Counted from the first letter of the stretch, positions 19,833 to 27,779 are shown. The stretch is DNA of 33,168 nt from Flavobacteriales bacterium (GCA_031412115.1 JANOCJ010000110.1:1-33168), one strand, 5' to 3'. Notes: generated from the letters alone by a model not told the origin. A program made the numbers and translations.

Positions 19833-19873
19833 AAAATCCCCCTCCTGAGGGGGTGCCCGAAGGGCGGGGGAGT
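19833..19873 (+). repeat. 41-bp REP-like repeat, copy 2
   Basis: Direct repeat of 19341-19381, offset by 492 bp. Confidence 0.9.
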
Positions 19874-19878
19874 TTTTT

Positions 19879-19945
19879 GGGCGTTACCTCGTTGCACTCG
19901 GCCCGGGCTATCCGGTCGCAGGAGCTCCCTACTATCCCTAACGCG
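19879..19945 (+). repeat. GC-rich structured intergenic element (probably another repeat family)
   Basis: GCGTTA (19881-19886) pairs with TAACGC (19939-19944), with an internal GGAGCTCC palindrome. It is a GC-rich island before an AT-rich gene. Confidence 0.45.
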
Positions 19946-19979
19946 GCTGGCGCGTGAAATTAATCGCGATATTTGTAGT

Positions 19980-21263
19980 ATGGATGTAATAAATCAACAA
20001 GAAGACCTAATAGCTTATTTTGGCATTAATCCACCCGATGTTAAAAATCATTTTACTGGATTATTAGAAAATCTTCTTCATGTAGACCGACACAATATTA
20101 ATAATTGTAATATTTCGAAGCTTATTTTTTCTCAATTTAGTTTTGGGTATAATAATGTGGAAAAGGTCAATTTTCAATTAATTGAGTTTGGAAATTGTCT
20201 TTTTGAATCAGTGATTTTTATTGATGTGAATTTTTCGTTATGCCAATTAACGACATGTACTTTTTTAAGATGTACCTTTATTAATACGACTTTCTCTAAG
20301 TCCCATTTAAATTCTTGCCATTTTAACGAATGTGATATTATAAGTCTAATTATAGAAGGTGGAAATGTATATTATTCCGAATTTCAACGTAACTATATAA
20401 ATACAATAAAATGTATTAATACAGCAATTGTTAAATGTGAATTAAATAATAACAGACCAGATAATAGAAACAAAAAATCTCCATACTTTTTATTTATTGA
20501 TTCCATTCTTAATTCTTCTTTGATTTCTTTTGAATCACATATAGAATATTCATTTGTAAATACTAAAATTATAGCAAACTCCTTTGTATCATCAGTATTG
20601 AAAAACCATTTTTTTGCAGATGTAACTTGTGATTCGCCTAATTATATTGACTTGCAATCGTTGTCAATAAGTGAAAAACTAAATAGTAAAATATTAAAAG
20701 AACTATTCAACATTAATGGAGATGACATACAAGTATATGTGTCTGATTGTTTCCTTGAAATAAAATATGAAACCGTATTTATTTCTTTTAGCTTTAAAAA
20801 TATTGATTTTGCCAGACAGTTAAGCCAAAGTTTGTTATTAAAGGGTGTAAAAACATGGTTTTGGCCCGAAGATGCACCTGGAGGAAAGCGTACGAAAGAT
20901 ATTATGTACAAGGGAATCCAAGAGAATGAAAGAGTGATATTTATTTGCTCAGAAGATTCTTTAAAAAGTGTAGCCTGCCATTATGAATTAAGCGAGGCTA
21001 GAAAAAAAGAAGGTCAGCTATGGAAAGAAATTTTATTTCCTATTGCCATAGATAAAAGTGTTTTTGACGAAGATTTTATCAGAAATATCCGCAAATATAA
21101 AAAAGATGTTGCCGACGAGTGGATTGCTAATATAGAATGGCTGAAAGAATATAACGTATTGGATTTTTCGGTATTTATTGATTCAAAATATAATGCTGAT
21201 AATTTTAATAAAGCCATAAATAATTTAGTTGCCGATTTAAGAAAACCAATTGAAAAAACCTAA
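19980..21263 (+). CDS. Pentapeptide-repeat plus C-terminal TIR domain protein
   Basis: Hydrophobic residue every fifth position (KVNFQ LIEFG NCLFE SVIFI DVNFS LCQLT TCTFL RCTFI NTTFS). TIR motifs VFISFS..N..FA..L, W..ED..GG, S..S.KS..C..EL and LFPI.ID. Confidence 0.88.
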   Translation: MDVINQQEDLIAYFGINPPDVKNHFTGLLENLLHVDRHNINNCNISKLIFSQFSFGYNNVEKVNFQLIEFGNCLFESVIFIDVNFSLCQLTTCTFLRCTFINTTFSKSHLNSCHFNECDIISLIIEGGNVYYSEFQRNYINTIKCINTAIVKCELNNNRPDNRNKKSPYFLFIDSILNSSLISFESHIEYSFVNTKIIANSFVSSVLKNHFFADVTCDSPNYIDLQSLSISEKLNSKILKELFNINGDDIQVYVSDCFLEIKYETVFISFSFKNIDFARQLSQSLLLKGVKTWFWPEDAPGGKRTKDIMYKGIQENERVIFICSEDSLKSVACHYELSEARKKEGQLWKEILFPIAIDKSVFDEDFIRNIRKYKKDVADEWIANIEWLKEYNVLDFSVFIDSKYNADNFNKAINNLVADLRKPIEKT

Positions 21264-21274
21264 CTCCCCCCTTA

Positions 21275-21298
21275 TGCAATCCCCTCCCTTCCTGCATC
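21275..21298 (+). promoter_or_regulatory. Putative ECF-sigma-type promoter TGCAAT-N13-GCATC (copy 1)
   Basis: The same motif with the same 32-nt offset to the ATG recurs at 21800-21823. Confidence 0.4.
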
Positions 21299-21306
21299 TA
21301 TAGTGT

Positions 21307-21795
21307 ATGAAACACCTTTTACTCTTTATATTCACGCTATTTACCCTAAGCACCAGCGCCCAAACACCTTCTGTTATAAGGCTTCTTGAGCTACTAAGAG
21401 ATAGCGATATAAATATCAGTGCCTATGCTGATTCGCTTGGGTATACAGAACATACTTCTACGCCTCAAATTGGCAATATGTATGAGTATGCTGGCGAGAC
21501 TTATACAAAGAAAGACACGTCTAACAAAAGTTCCATAGTGTATTTATCGGGGCATCATTATGCCATGAATCAGTGGCCACTAATGGTTTCTATTTCCTAT
21601 TATACTTCTTCTAAAACCGAATTTGATACACTGGTTGATGAAATTAAAGCACTTGGCGCTAAAGAGTTTTTTTACAAAGATGGCGACCCGTACTACCACT
21701 TGTATAATTATTTTGATATGAAGATTTCAACCTACATAAATACTACCGGCAGGGGGGCAAAGTATACCATTAGCTTTAATGGTAATTATTGGTAG
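21307..21795 (+). CDS. Hypothetical secreted protein, paralog 1
   Basis: Signal peptide MKHLLLF..SAQ; homologous to 21832..22338. Confidence 0.8.
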   Translation: MKHLLLFIFTLFTLSTSAQTPSVIRLLELLRDSDINISAYADSLGYTEHTSTPQIGNMYEYAGETYTKKDTSNKSSIVYLSGHHYAMNQWPLMVSISYYTSSKTEFDTLVDEIKALGAKEFFYKDGDPYYHLYNYFDMKISTYINTTGRGAKYTISFNGNYW

Positions 21796-21799
21796 GCTG

Positions 21800-21823
21800 T
21801 GCAATTTAATACCTTCCTGCATC
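21800..21823 (+). promoter_or_regulatory. Putative ECF-sigma-type promoter (copy 2)
   Basis: TGCAAT-N6-CCTTCCTGCATC at the same offset as copy 1. Confidence 0.4.
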
Positions 21824-21831
21824 CTTAGTGT

Positions 21832-22338
21832 ATGAAACACCTTTTACTCGTTATAGCATCTGTCCTAACACTCTCAGCCCAAGCCCAAACTAAGCCGCCT
21901 ACAATGGCTAAGTTGATTAAGCTATACACCGATACCAATACAGCAGCCATTACTGATTATGCCCACCAATTGGGCTTTAAAGGCGAGGCATTTGGTATAA
22001 ACCATGTAGGCAATACGTATGATTATATGGTGTATACCTTTGCATTAAAAGACACTGCCATCAAGCAACATACCTATTTGAGTTATACCTGGGGGCAACA
22101 TGGTATTTACATTCCGTATAGCTTAACCGCTATATCCTACGGCACCAATTCGCAAGCGGAGTTTGATGCATTGGTTGCAGAAATTAGGGCCAAGGGCGCA
22201 ACGATGGAAGATTACGGAAAATCGCTGCCGGGCAACTATTATTTCAGGTACAAAAATGTAACCATAAGTGCCTGTACAAATCTTGCAAATGCAAGCGGTG
22301 CAAAATATACTATCACTATTGGTGGTAGGGGCCAGTAA
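21832..22338 (+). CDS. Hypothetical secreted protein, paralog 2
   Basis: Shares GN.Y.Y, ISY.T.S..EFD.LV.EI.A.GA and GAKYTI blocks with paralog 1. Confidence 0.8.
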   Translation: MKHLLLVIASVLTLSAQAQTKPPTMAKLIKLYTDTNTAAITDYAHQLGFKGEAFGINHVGNTYDYMVYTFALKDTAIKQHTYLSYTWGQHGIYIPYSLTAISYGTNSQAEFDALVAEIRAKGATMEDYGKSLPGNYYFRYKNVTISACTNLANASGAKYTITIGGRGQ

Positions 22339-22343
22339 AAACT

Positions 22344-22451
22344 AACCTCACCCCTTGTCACTCCTTCGTCGTGACTTTCCCCTCTCCATACACTTCGACT
22401 GCGCTTAGTATGACCAGAGGGGCGAATTGCGCAGCAAGACAGGGAGAGGTT
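22344..22451. repeat. Nested composite REP-like element
   Basis: Outer arms AACCTCACCCCTTGTC / GACAGGGAGAGGTT. Inner hairpins GTCAC..GTGAC, CCCCTCT..AGAGGGG (enclosing CTTCGACTGCGCTTAGTATGAC) and TTGC..GCAA. Confidence 0.65.
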
Positions 22452-22466
22452 TTGAGGAGATATTCT

Positions 22467-22474
22467 TACCTTTG
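22467..22474 (+). promoter_or_regulatory. -7 promoter box TACCTTTG (near-leaderless transcript)
   Basis: TAnnTTTG match, 4 nt before ATG 22479. Confidence 0.6.
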
Positions 22475-22478
22475 CCCC

Positions 22479-23003
22479 ATGCATTACCCTCCCGCACACC
22501 TCGAAACAGAACGGTTAACCATACGCCCGCTTACCTTGGACGATGTAGAAACCTGGCGCCCTTTTACGGAAGATGCGCAGGCTATGGAGTTTATGATAAC
22601 CTTTTACCGCGATGAAACCATTGACGCGCCGCTGCATTGGATAACGTTTCAACTAAACCGCTATGCCGAAGGGCGCTATGGCCTAATGGCGCTGCTTGAT
22701 AAACACACCGGCGATTTTATTGGCTTGTGTGGATTGTTGGCACAGGTTATTGATGATATGCCCGAACTGGAGGTGGGTTACCATATCTTTCCTAAACACT
22801 GGGGTAAAGGCTACGCGCCCGAGGCTGCTAAGTTTTTTATGAATTATGCCTTTGATAACAACCTGTCTGACAACATTATATCGGTAATAGATGTAGGCAA
22901 TGTAAAGTCGCAACGGGTGGCCGAAAAGAATGGTTTGTTCCGCGAAAAGCAAACGGTGCAAAAAGACGACGATGTGTACGTCTACCGTAGATTTAAGTCG
23001 TAA
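22479..23003 (+). CDS. GNAT N-acetyltransferase (RimJ/RimL type)
   Basis: LETERLTIRP, EVGYHI..KHWGKGYAPEAA and N.KSQRVAEKNG motifs. Confidence 0.9.
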   Translation: MHYPPAHLETERLTIRPLTLDDVETWRPFTEDAQAMEFMITFYRDETIDAPLHWITFQLNRYAEGRYGLMALLDKHTGDFIGLCGLLAQVIDDMPELEVGYHIFPKHWGKGYAPEAAKFFMNYAFDNNLSDNIISVIDVGNVKSQRVAEKNGLFREKQTVQKDDDVYVYRRFKS

Positions 23004-23036
23004 CCTTTAAACCCTCTTATTTATAATCCGTCTATC

Positions 23037-23081
23037 TTAATGTTGAAACATACATTAACCGGATATGTATTTGTAAATTTG
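23037..23081 (+). promoter_or_regulatory. Palindromic operator-like site plus -7 box
   Basis: TTAATGT-N8-ACATTAA (23037-23058) and TAAATTTG (23074-23081) ahead of GTG 23088. Confidence 0.45.
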
Positions 23082-23087
23082 AGGTAA

Positions 23088-23477
23088 GTGAGGCAATTTA
23101 CTGTTATATTATTTTTAATGGCGGTGCTATTTACCGCTACACCTTTGCAGCAACTGTTTAAGCTGCCTGTATTGGTGCAGCACTATTATGAGCATAAGCA
23201 AATTGATAAAAATATTGGGGTAATTGCGTTTTTAAAACTGCATTATTTTGAGGAGGAAGATGGGGCTGATGCTGATGATAAGCGCGACCAACAGCTTCCA
23301 TTTAAATCAGTAGCCGATTTTATATCGCCTACAACTACAAACGCCAACCCCACTGCCCATACCGAGATTGTTATAAAGCCTGAAATAACAGGCAAACCGG
23401 TGCAAAACCCTGTAAATAAAACACTAATTTCATCGCAGTTCCTGTCTGCCATTTGGCAACCCCCCAAAGCTGTTTAA
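23088..23477 (+). CDS. His-motif leader-type protein ending IWQPPK (putative arrest peptide)
   Basis: Hydrophobic N-terminus, KLP.L.QHY.EH, FLKLHY, LPFK, an unstructured linker and C-terminal IWQPPKAV. Confidence 0.75.
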   Translation: MRQFTVILFLMAVLFTATPLQQLFKLPVLVQHYYEHKQIDKNIGVIAFLKLHYFEEEDGADADDKRDQQLPFKSVADFISPTTTNANPTAHTEIVIKPEITGKPVQNPVNKTLISSQFLSAIWQPPKAV

Positions 23478-23537
23478 TTATACCATTTTTGCACGCCTTG
23501 CATGCAGTAATTTTTTATCATTAAACACTTTTTAGCT

Positions 23538-24029
23538 ATGAACGGAACACACCTTCATTTGCTGCTCAACCATTTTCCTATTGTAGGAACGTTGATAGCA
23601 GCCGCCCTTATGGCATGGGCAGTATTTAAAAACGATGCCCGATTGAAAAACATTACCGCCATAATGGTAATTATATTGGCCGTAATATCATTTATTGTTG
23701 ACCAAACCGGCGAAACCGCCGAAGAGGTTGTTGAAAAGCTGCCCGGCATTAGCAAAGCAGCCCTTGAAGCACATGAACATGCTGCAGGCCCGGCCAATTT
23801 AGTACACATGCTGGCAGGCTTGTTTTGCATAGGCTTTTTAGTGGTTGAACGCCGCAAATTGCCTGCCGCCAAAAATGTTTTTATTGCTTGCTTTGCCATT
23901 ACAGTTGTAGCGTTTGGCCTTATGGCACGCGCGGGCTATTACGGTGGTAAAATTCGCCATACGGAAGTTGATGGCGCGACGCAACTAGTACCAGCCAATG
24001 CAGGCAGCCAACAGGGCGACGACGACTAA
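23538..24029 (+). CDS. DUF2231-like membrane protein with conserved histidines
   Basis: HLHL..NHFPI, TGE.AEE, HEHAA and GG.IRH.E motifs; about 4 transmembrane segments. Confidence 0.7.
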   Translation: MNGTHLHLLLNHFPIVGTLIAAALMAWAVFKNDARLKNITAIMVIILAVISFIVDQTGETAEEVVEKLPGISKAALEAHEHAAGPANLVHMLAGLFCIGFLVVERRKLPAAKNVFIACFAITVVAFGLMARAGYYGGKIRHTEVDGATQLVPANAGSQQGDDD

Positions 24030-24053
24030 TTTTTTGCAGATTATTATAAAACA

Positions 24054-24743
24054 ATGACAACACCCAACGAGAAACACTTTAATAGCCCGCAAACAGTTAC
24101 TGATATTGTACTGGGCATGTCTGACGGCCTTACGGTACCCTTTGCCTTGTCGGCGGGGCTTACCAGCGCCCTTGGCGATAACCACCTGATAACAACTGCC
24201 GGCATTGCCGAAATTGTTGCAGGTTGCATTGCTATGGGCCTTGGTGGATACCTGGCAGGTCGCACAGAGGCTGAGCATTATGAAAGTGAACTGAAACGCG
24301 AGCATTTTGAAGTGGATAATTTTCCGGAGAAAGAAGCGCAAGAGATAAAAGACATATTGGCTGATTACAACATTAGCGAGAACATACAACAGCTTTTTGT
24401 TGACGATTTATCGAAAGACAAAGACAAGTATGTTGACTTTATGATGAAATATGAGCTTGGGCTTGAAAAACCTGCTAAAAACGCTGCTTTAAAAAGCGGT
24501 TTTTTTATTGGTGCTGCTTACGTTGTAGGCGGCTTTGTGCCCTTAGCCAGTTACTTTTTTACCGACACGCCTTACCAGGGCTTGTTGTATAGCTGCATTA
24601 TTACATCAATAGTGCTATTTGTGTTTGGTTTTATAAAAAGCAAAATTATTGGGCAAAACCCCATAGTAGGGGCATTTAGGGTGCTTGTAGTAAGCTCCAT
24701 TGCTGCCGGCGCAGCGTTTTTTATTGCCAAACTTATATCTTAA
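24054..24743 (+). CDS. VIT1/CCC1 family iron/manganese transporter
   Basis: DIVLGMSDGLTVPFAL.AGL, AEI.AG.IAMGLGGYLA and FMM.YELGLE.P motifs. Confidence 0.93.
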   Translation: MTTPNEKHFNSPQTVTDIVLGMSDGLTVPFALSAGLTSALGDNHLITTAGIAEIVAGCIAMGLGGYLAGRTEAEHYESELKREHFEVDNFPEKEAQEIKDILADYNISENIQQLFVDDLSKDKDKYVDFMMKYELGLEKPAKNAALKSGFFIGAAYVVGGFVPLASYFFTDTPYQGLLYSCIITSIVLFVFGFIKSKIIGQNPIVGAFRVLVVSSIAAGAAFFIAKLIS

Positions 24744-24755
24744 TTAAAACACAAA

Positions 24756-25250
24756 ATGAAACTAAAAAATAATAAAGTAAGAATTCGCTTGGTTACACTG
24801 GCTACTATTTGCGGCTTTGTAACGTTGATGATAGTAGCCCAAAGCTGCGAAAAGGGTGGTGAAAACGAAACCAAAATATCGCAACACAACGAAACGGAAA
24901 GCCACAACAATGGCCAAAACTGCATGAACTGCCACAAAAGCGGTGGCCAAGGCGAAGGATATTTTAATGCTGCAGGTTCGGTGTATGATAGTTTGCAAAC
25001 TGCCCCTAGCGCCAATGGTACAATAAAGCTATACACCGGGCCCGATGGTACCGGAACGCTTAAATATACTATTGAGGTAGATGGCAAAGGCAACTTTTAT
25101 ACCACCGCGGGTATTGATTTTGGCAGCGGCGGTTTATACCCTTCTATTGTTGGCACATCGGGCCAGCAAAAGTTTATGAGCAGTGCTACCATTACCGGCG
25201 CTTGCAACAGTTGCCACAACAATACCGAAGATAAAATTTGGGTTAATTAA
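24756..25250 (+). CDS. Diheme c-type cytochrome lipoprotein
   Basis: Lipobox-like AQSC; two CxxCH motifs (CMNCH and CNSCH); SHN.G before the first. Confidence 0.75.
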   Translation: MKLKNNKVRIRLVTLATICGFVTLMIVAQSCEKGGENETKISQHNETESHNNGQNCMNCHKSGGQGEGYFNAAGSVYDSLQTAPSANGTIKLYTGPDGTGTLKYTIEVDGKGNFYTTAGIDFGSGGLYPSIVGTSGQQKFMSSATITGACNSCHNNTEDKIWVN

Positions 25251-25272
25251 CCTGGGTTTTAGTTAAAAATAC

Positions 25273-25298
25273 AAAGGGCGCTTATGGCGCCCTTTTTT
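25273..25298. terminator. Bidirectional intrinsic terminator
   Basis: AAAGGGCGC-ttatg-GCGCCCTTTTTT between convergent genes. Confidence 0.8.
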
Positions 25299-25319
25299 AG
25301 TTTATTTAAACTAGTAATA

Positions 25320-27683
25320 CTATTTTCCTAAATATACTAAACGCATTGTTTGGCGTTGCTTTCCGGTGGCTACGGTAAGTGAATAAATACCGGCATCAAG
25401 CCCACTCATATCTACCGGCGTTTGTATTTGCCCGCGGCCTGCAAGGTTAAAGCTGCGCACTATGCGGCAGGTCATATCAAGCACCTGCACAGTATACGTA
25501 GTTTGCATTGGCGACGATATTTGCAAGTTAAAATTCTCGTCAGATGGGTTGGGCCATACCTTTACCCCCATGCTGGCAAGGCTTTCGCTAATGCCCGTAG
25601 CCGGAACTTTGTAGCAAGTGCCACCAATTTTAGTAATGGTGCGCTCGTAGTTTTCGTTTACTATATCGGTAATGCTTTCTATGCAAATTACGGTGTCGGT
25701 AATGTCAGTAAAATAAATGCGGCACAATGGGGTAGGGGTAGTGTATTTATCAATTAACAACCCTTGGTATGATATACCTATAACCTGTTGACCGCCCGGT
25801 GCATACTCAGGGTTTATTGGGTAATCCATAGGGTTTACCAAATTTTGCACGCCCAATATATTTAAGCCATGCATGGTAAACTGGTAAGCGTTTACTTTAT
25901 GGCTGGGGTTTTTAATGGCAACATCTACATAGTTTTGGGCAATGTTTACGGCCTCTATTGATAGGGTAACCGTATCTTCAAAATTTACATAGTTAATAGG
26001 AAAGTTGCATTCGTTGCCATTGGTGGGGTTGCCAAGCAATGCGCATTTATTATCAAGCGCAGCATCAAACACGGTAATACTGCCGTTTCCGCTCAAATCT
26101 AAACAAGGCAAAACAGGTACCGATGTGTTGAGCATATCATGTACATACTTTTGCGCGTCTATACTTTCGCGTAGGCTGTTGCCGTCAATATCGCCCCGTA
26201 TGGCAGTGCCATTGCAGGTGCCGTTGCAATCGCTTTCCGATGTACCAAAAGGCACGCCCATACAATCAACAAACTGCGGGCAGTTGTTATCAATAACAAA
26301 TGATGGTATACCATTTTGGTCGCGGTTTAGGCGGATGCAAACTTGTGCCTGGTTGTTTTCAAACGTTCTTTCTACGCGGCCCAGCGCATCGGGGCTTTGG
26401 TCCCAGTTTACGCGCACCACCATAGTGTATTTACCGGTATCTACATCAGTTATATCAATCCACTGGCACATAAGGCCTGCATCATATATATCGCCACAGC
26501 CTGCGGTAATGCCCATATTTTCGCAACCGTATTGGCCAACACCTCCGCCGCTGCATTCTAAATCTAACACACAAAATCCGTTTTTAAAACCAACGGGTAT
26601 TGAGTTGCCTTGCATATCAAACAATAAGTATTGGGCATAGCCTACATAGTGCCAATGCTGATGGCAGGGGTCAAAAACAAACTGGGTGCCCGCCTGCGGG
26701 GTACCAATGTAATAATCCATCTCGCCAATATTTTTAATATGGGTAGTAAAGCGAATAATATCGCGCAGGCCATAGCCGGTTACGCAGCCTTCTTCTACAT
26801 AACAATTATCTGTAACTATCTGGTCAAGGTCAAGCGATCCTAAAATAGCACCTTGGTCAACCATTAAATCGGGCGCAAAGGGGCACAAAGGGTCGCCAAA
26901 GGCAATGCATGGCCCCGCCACAGTTGCCAGCGGGTTGTAGTTGCAGCTATTGGGGTTCATGCAACCAACAACCGGCCCTACATATTGTAGCGCCCAGTTA
27001 ATGCCGCTGCTGCCGCAGTTGCCTGCATCGTCGCCAATGCGTATATAATACGTTTGGGCAGAATCTAAGTAAGCCGTAACAACAGCCTGTGTGCCGCAGC
27101 CACCGCCATCATCATCATAAAAAACAGTTCCCAATTGGGCATCATTCCAGGTAAGTCCATCGCACTCGCTATATACCCAAACTTTAGTGTCGCAGGTGTT
27201 GGTGCTGCACGTAGTTATCAGGTAAGTGCCAATACTATCGGGGGTAAAAGCGTACCAGGTATTAGCAGTGGGGGCAGTATAGTTGCCCAAGCCAACAGGT
27301 ATTGCGCTGTTGCATGAGTAGCCCGGGGGGCAGTTAAAGTAAGCCGATTCGGTATTAGTAAACTGGCCGCCGGTAGCCACTACCTGCCCGCCAAACGTTA
27401 CTGTGTATGAGCCATTGCCATAGTTGCAGCAAATACCATCGCCGTAGCTATCGTTTATGGTAAAACGCAGGCAAACATTGCTGGGCGCGCATACTGTGCC
27501 ACCATTAGCATTACCTGTAGCGTATTGCACATTGGTTTGGGCGTTGCTCAACGTCCACGATGTTTCGTTAGGATAACTATCGGGTACAATGGTTACTACA
27601 ACCTGTGTTTGTCCGTTGGGGCACTGCGCGTATGCATTAGCCGAAAATGAAATAACAGCTAATAAAAGTAAAAGTCTTTTCAT
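25320..27683 (-). CDS. Lysyl oxidase family protein with T9SS C-terminal sorting domain
   Basis: RFTT..KNIG, CHQHWH, FKNGFC and GC.DIY....CQWIDITDV motifs; signal peptide; C-terminal VWPNPS...L.AGIY.L.V...RLV. Confidence 0.9.
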   Translation of the reverse strand: MKRLLLLLAVISFSANAYAQCPNGQTQVVVTIVPDSYPNETSWTLSNAQTNVQYATGNANGGTVCAPSNVCLRFTINDSYGDGICCNYGNGSYTVTFGGQVVATGGQFTNTESAYFNCPPGYSCNSAIPVGLGNYTAPTANTWYAFTPDSIGTYLITTCSTNTCDTKVWVYSECDGLTWNDAQLGTVFYDDDGGGCGTQAVVTAYLDSAQTYYIRIGDDAGNCGSSGINWALQYVGPVVGCMNPNSCNYNPLATVAGPCIAFGDPLCPFAPDLMVDQGAILGSLDLDQIVTDNCYVEEGCVTGYGLRDIIRFTTHIKNIGEMDYYIGTPQAGTQFVFDPCHQHWHYVGYAQYLLFDMQGNSIPVGFKNGFCVLDLECSGGGVGQYGCENMGITAGCGDIYDAGLMCQWIDITDVDTGKYTMVVRVNWDQSPDALGRVERTFENNQAQVCIRLNRDQNGIPSFVIDNNCPQFVDCMGVPFGTSESDCNGTCNGTAIRGDIDGNSLRESIDAQKYVHDMLNTSVPVLPCLDLSGNGSITVFDAALDNKCALLGNPTNGNECNFPINYVNFEDTVTLSIEAVNIAQNYVDVAIKNPSHKVNAYQFTMHGLNILGVQNLVNPMDYPINPEYAPGGQQVIGISYQGLLIDKYTTPTPLCRIYFTDITDTVICIESITDIVNENYERTITKIGGTCYKVPATGISESLASMGVKVWPNPSDENFNLQISSPMQTTYTVQVLDMTCRIVRSFNLAGRGQIQTPVDMSGLDAGIYSLTVATGKQRQTMRLVYLGK

Positions 27684-27703
27684 GGGGTGCGATTAAAGCA
27701 TAT

Positions 27704-27711
27704 CAAAGTTA
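27704..27711 (-). promoter_or_regulatory. -7 promoter box TAACTTTG
   Basis: TAnnTTTG match, 20 nt before ATG 27683. Confidence 0.55.
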
Positions 27712-27779
27712 ACAAATAACCTGAAAGGTTAGCCACTACCGTGGGGGTCTTACTTTCTTTCTTGTCAACTGCCTGCGGC

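Noticed and set aside
19341-19873. CRISPR array
   Set aside because: Only two repeats, separated by 451 bp, and no cas genes. The 31-bp tandem repeat has no unique spacers.
19310-19880. Cobalamin riboswitch upstream of B12-dependent icmF (GGTGCCCGAAGGGC looks similar)
   Set aside because: The motif is on the wrong strand for icmF and is part of a duplicated repeat. No B12 box was seen, and a promoter-like TAGCTTCG lies only about 20 nt from the icmF start.
19980-22338. Thoeris or CBASS operon
   Set aside because: No SIR2/Macro effector, cyclase or STING domain. The downstream genes are signal-peptide proteins with their own promoter-like motifs.
22371-22478. N-terminal extension of the GNAT ORF (and similarly 28190-28303)
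   Set aside because: The extensions run through repeat elements; -7 boxes and family N-termini support the later ATGs.
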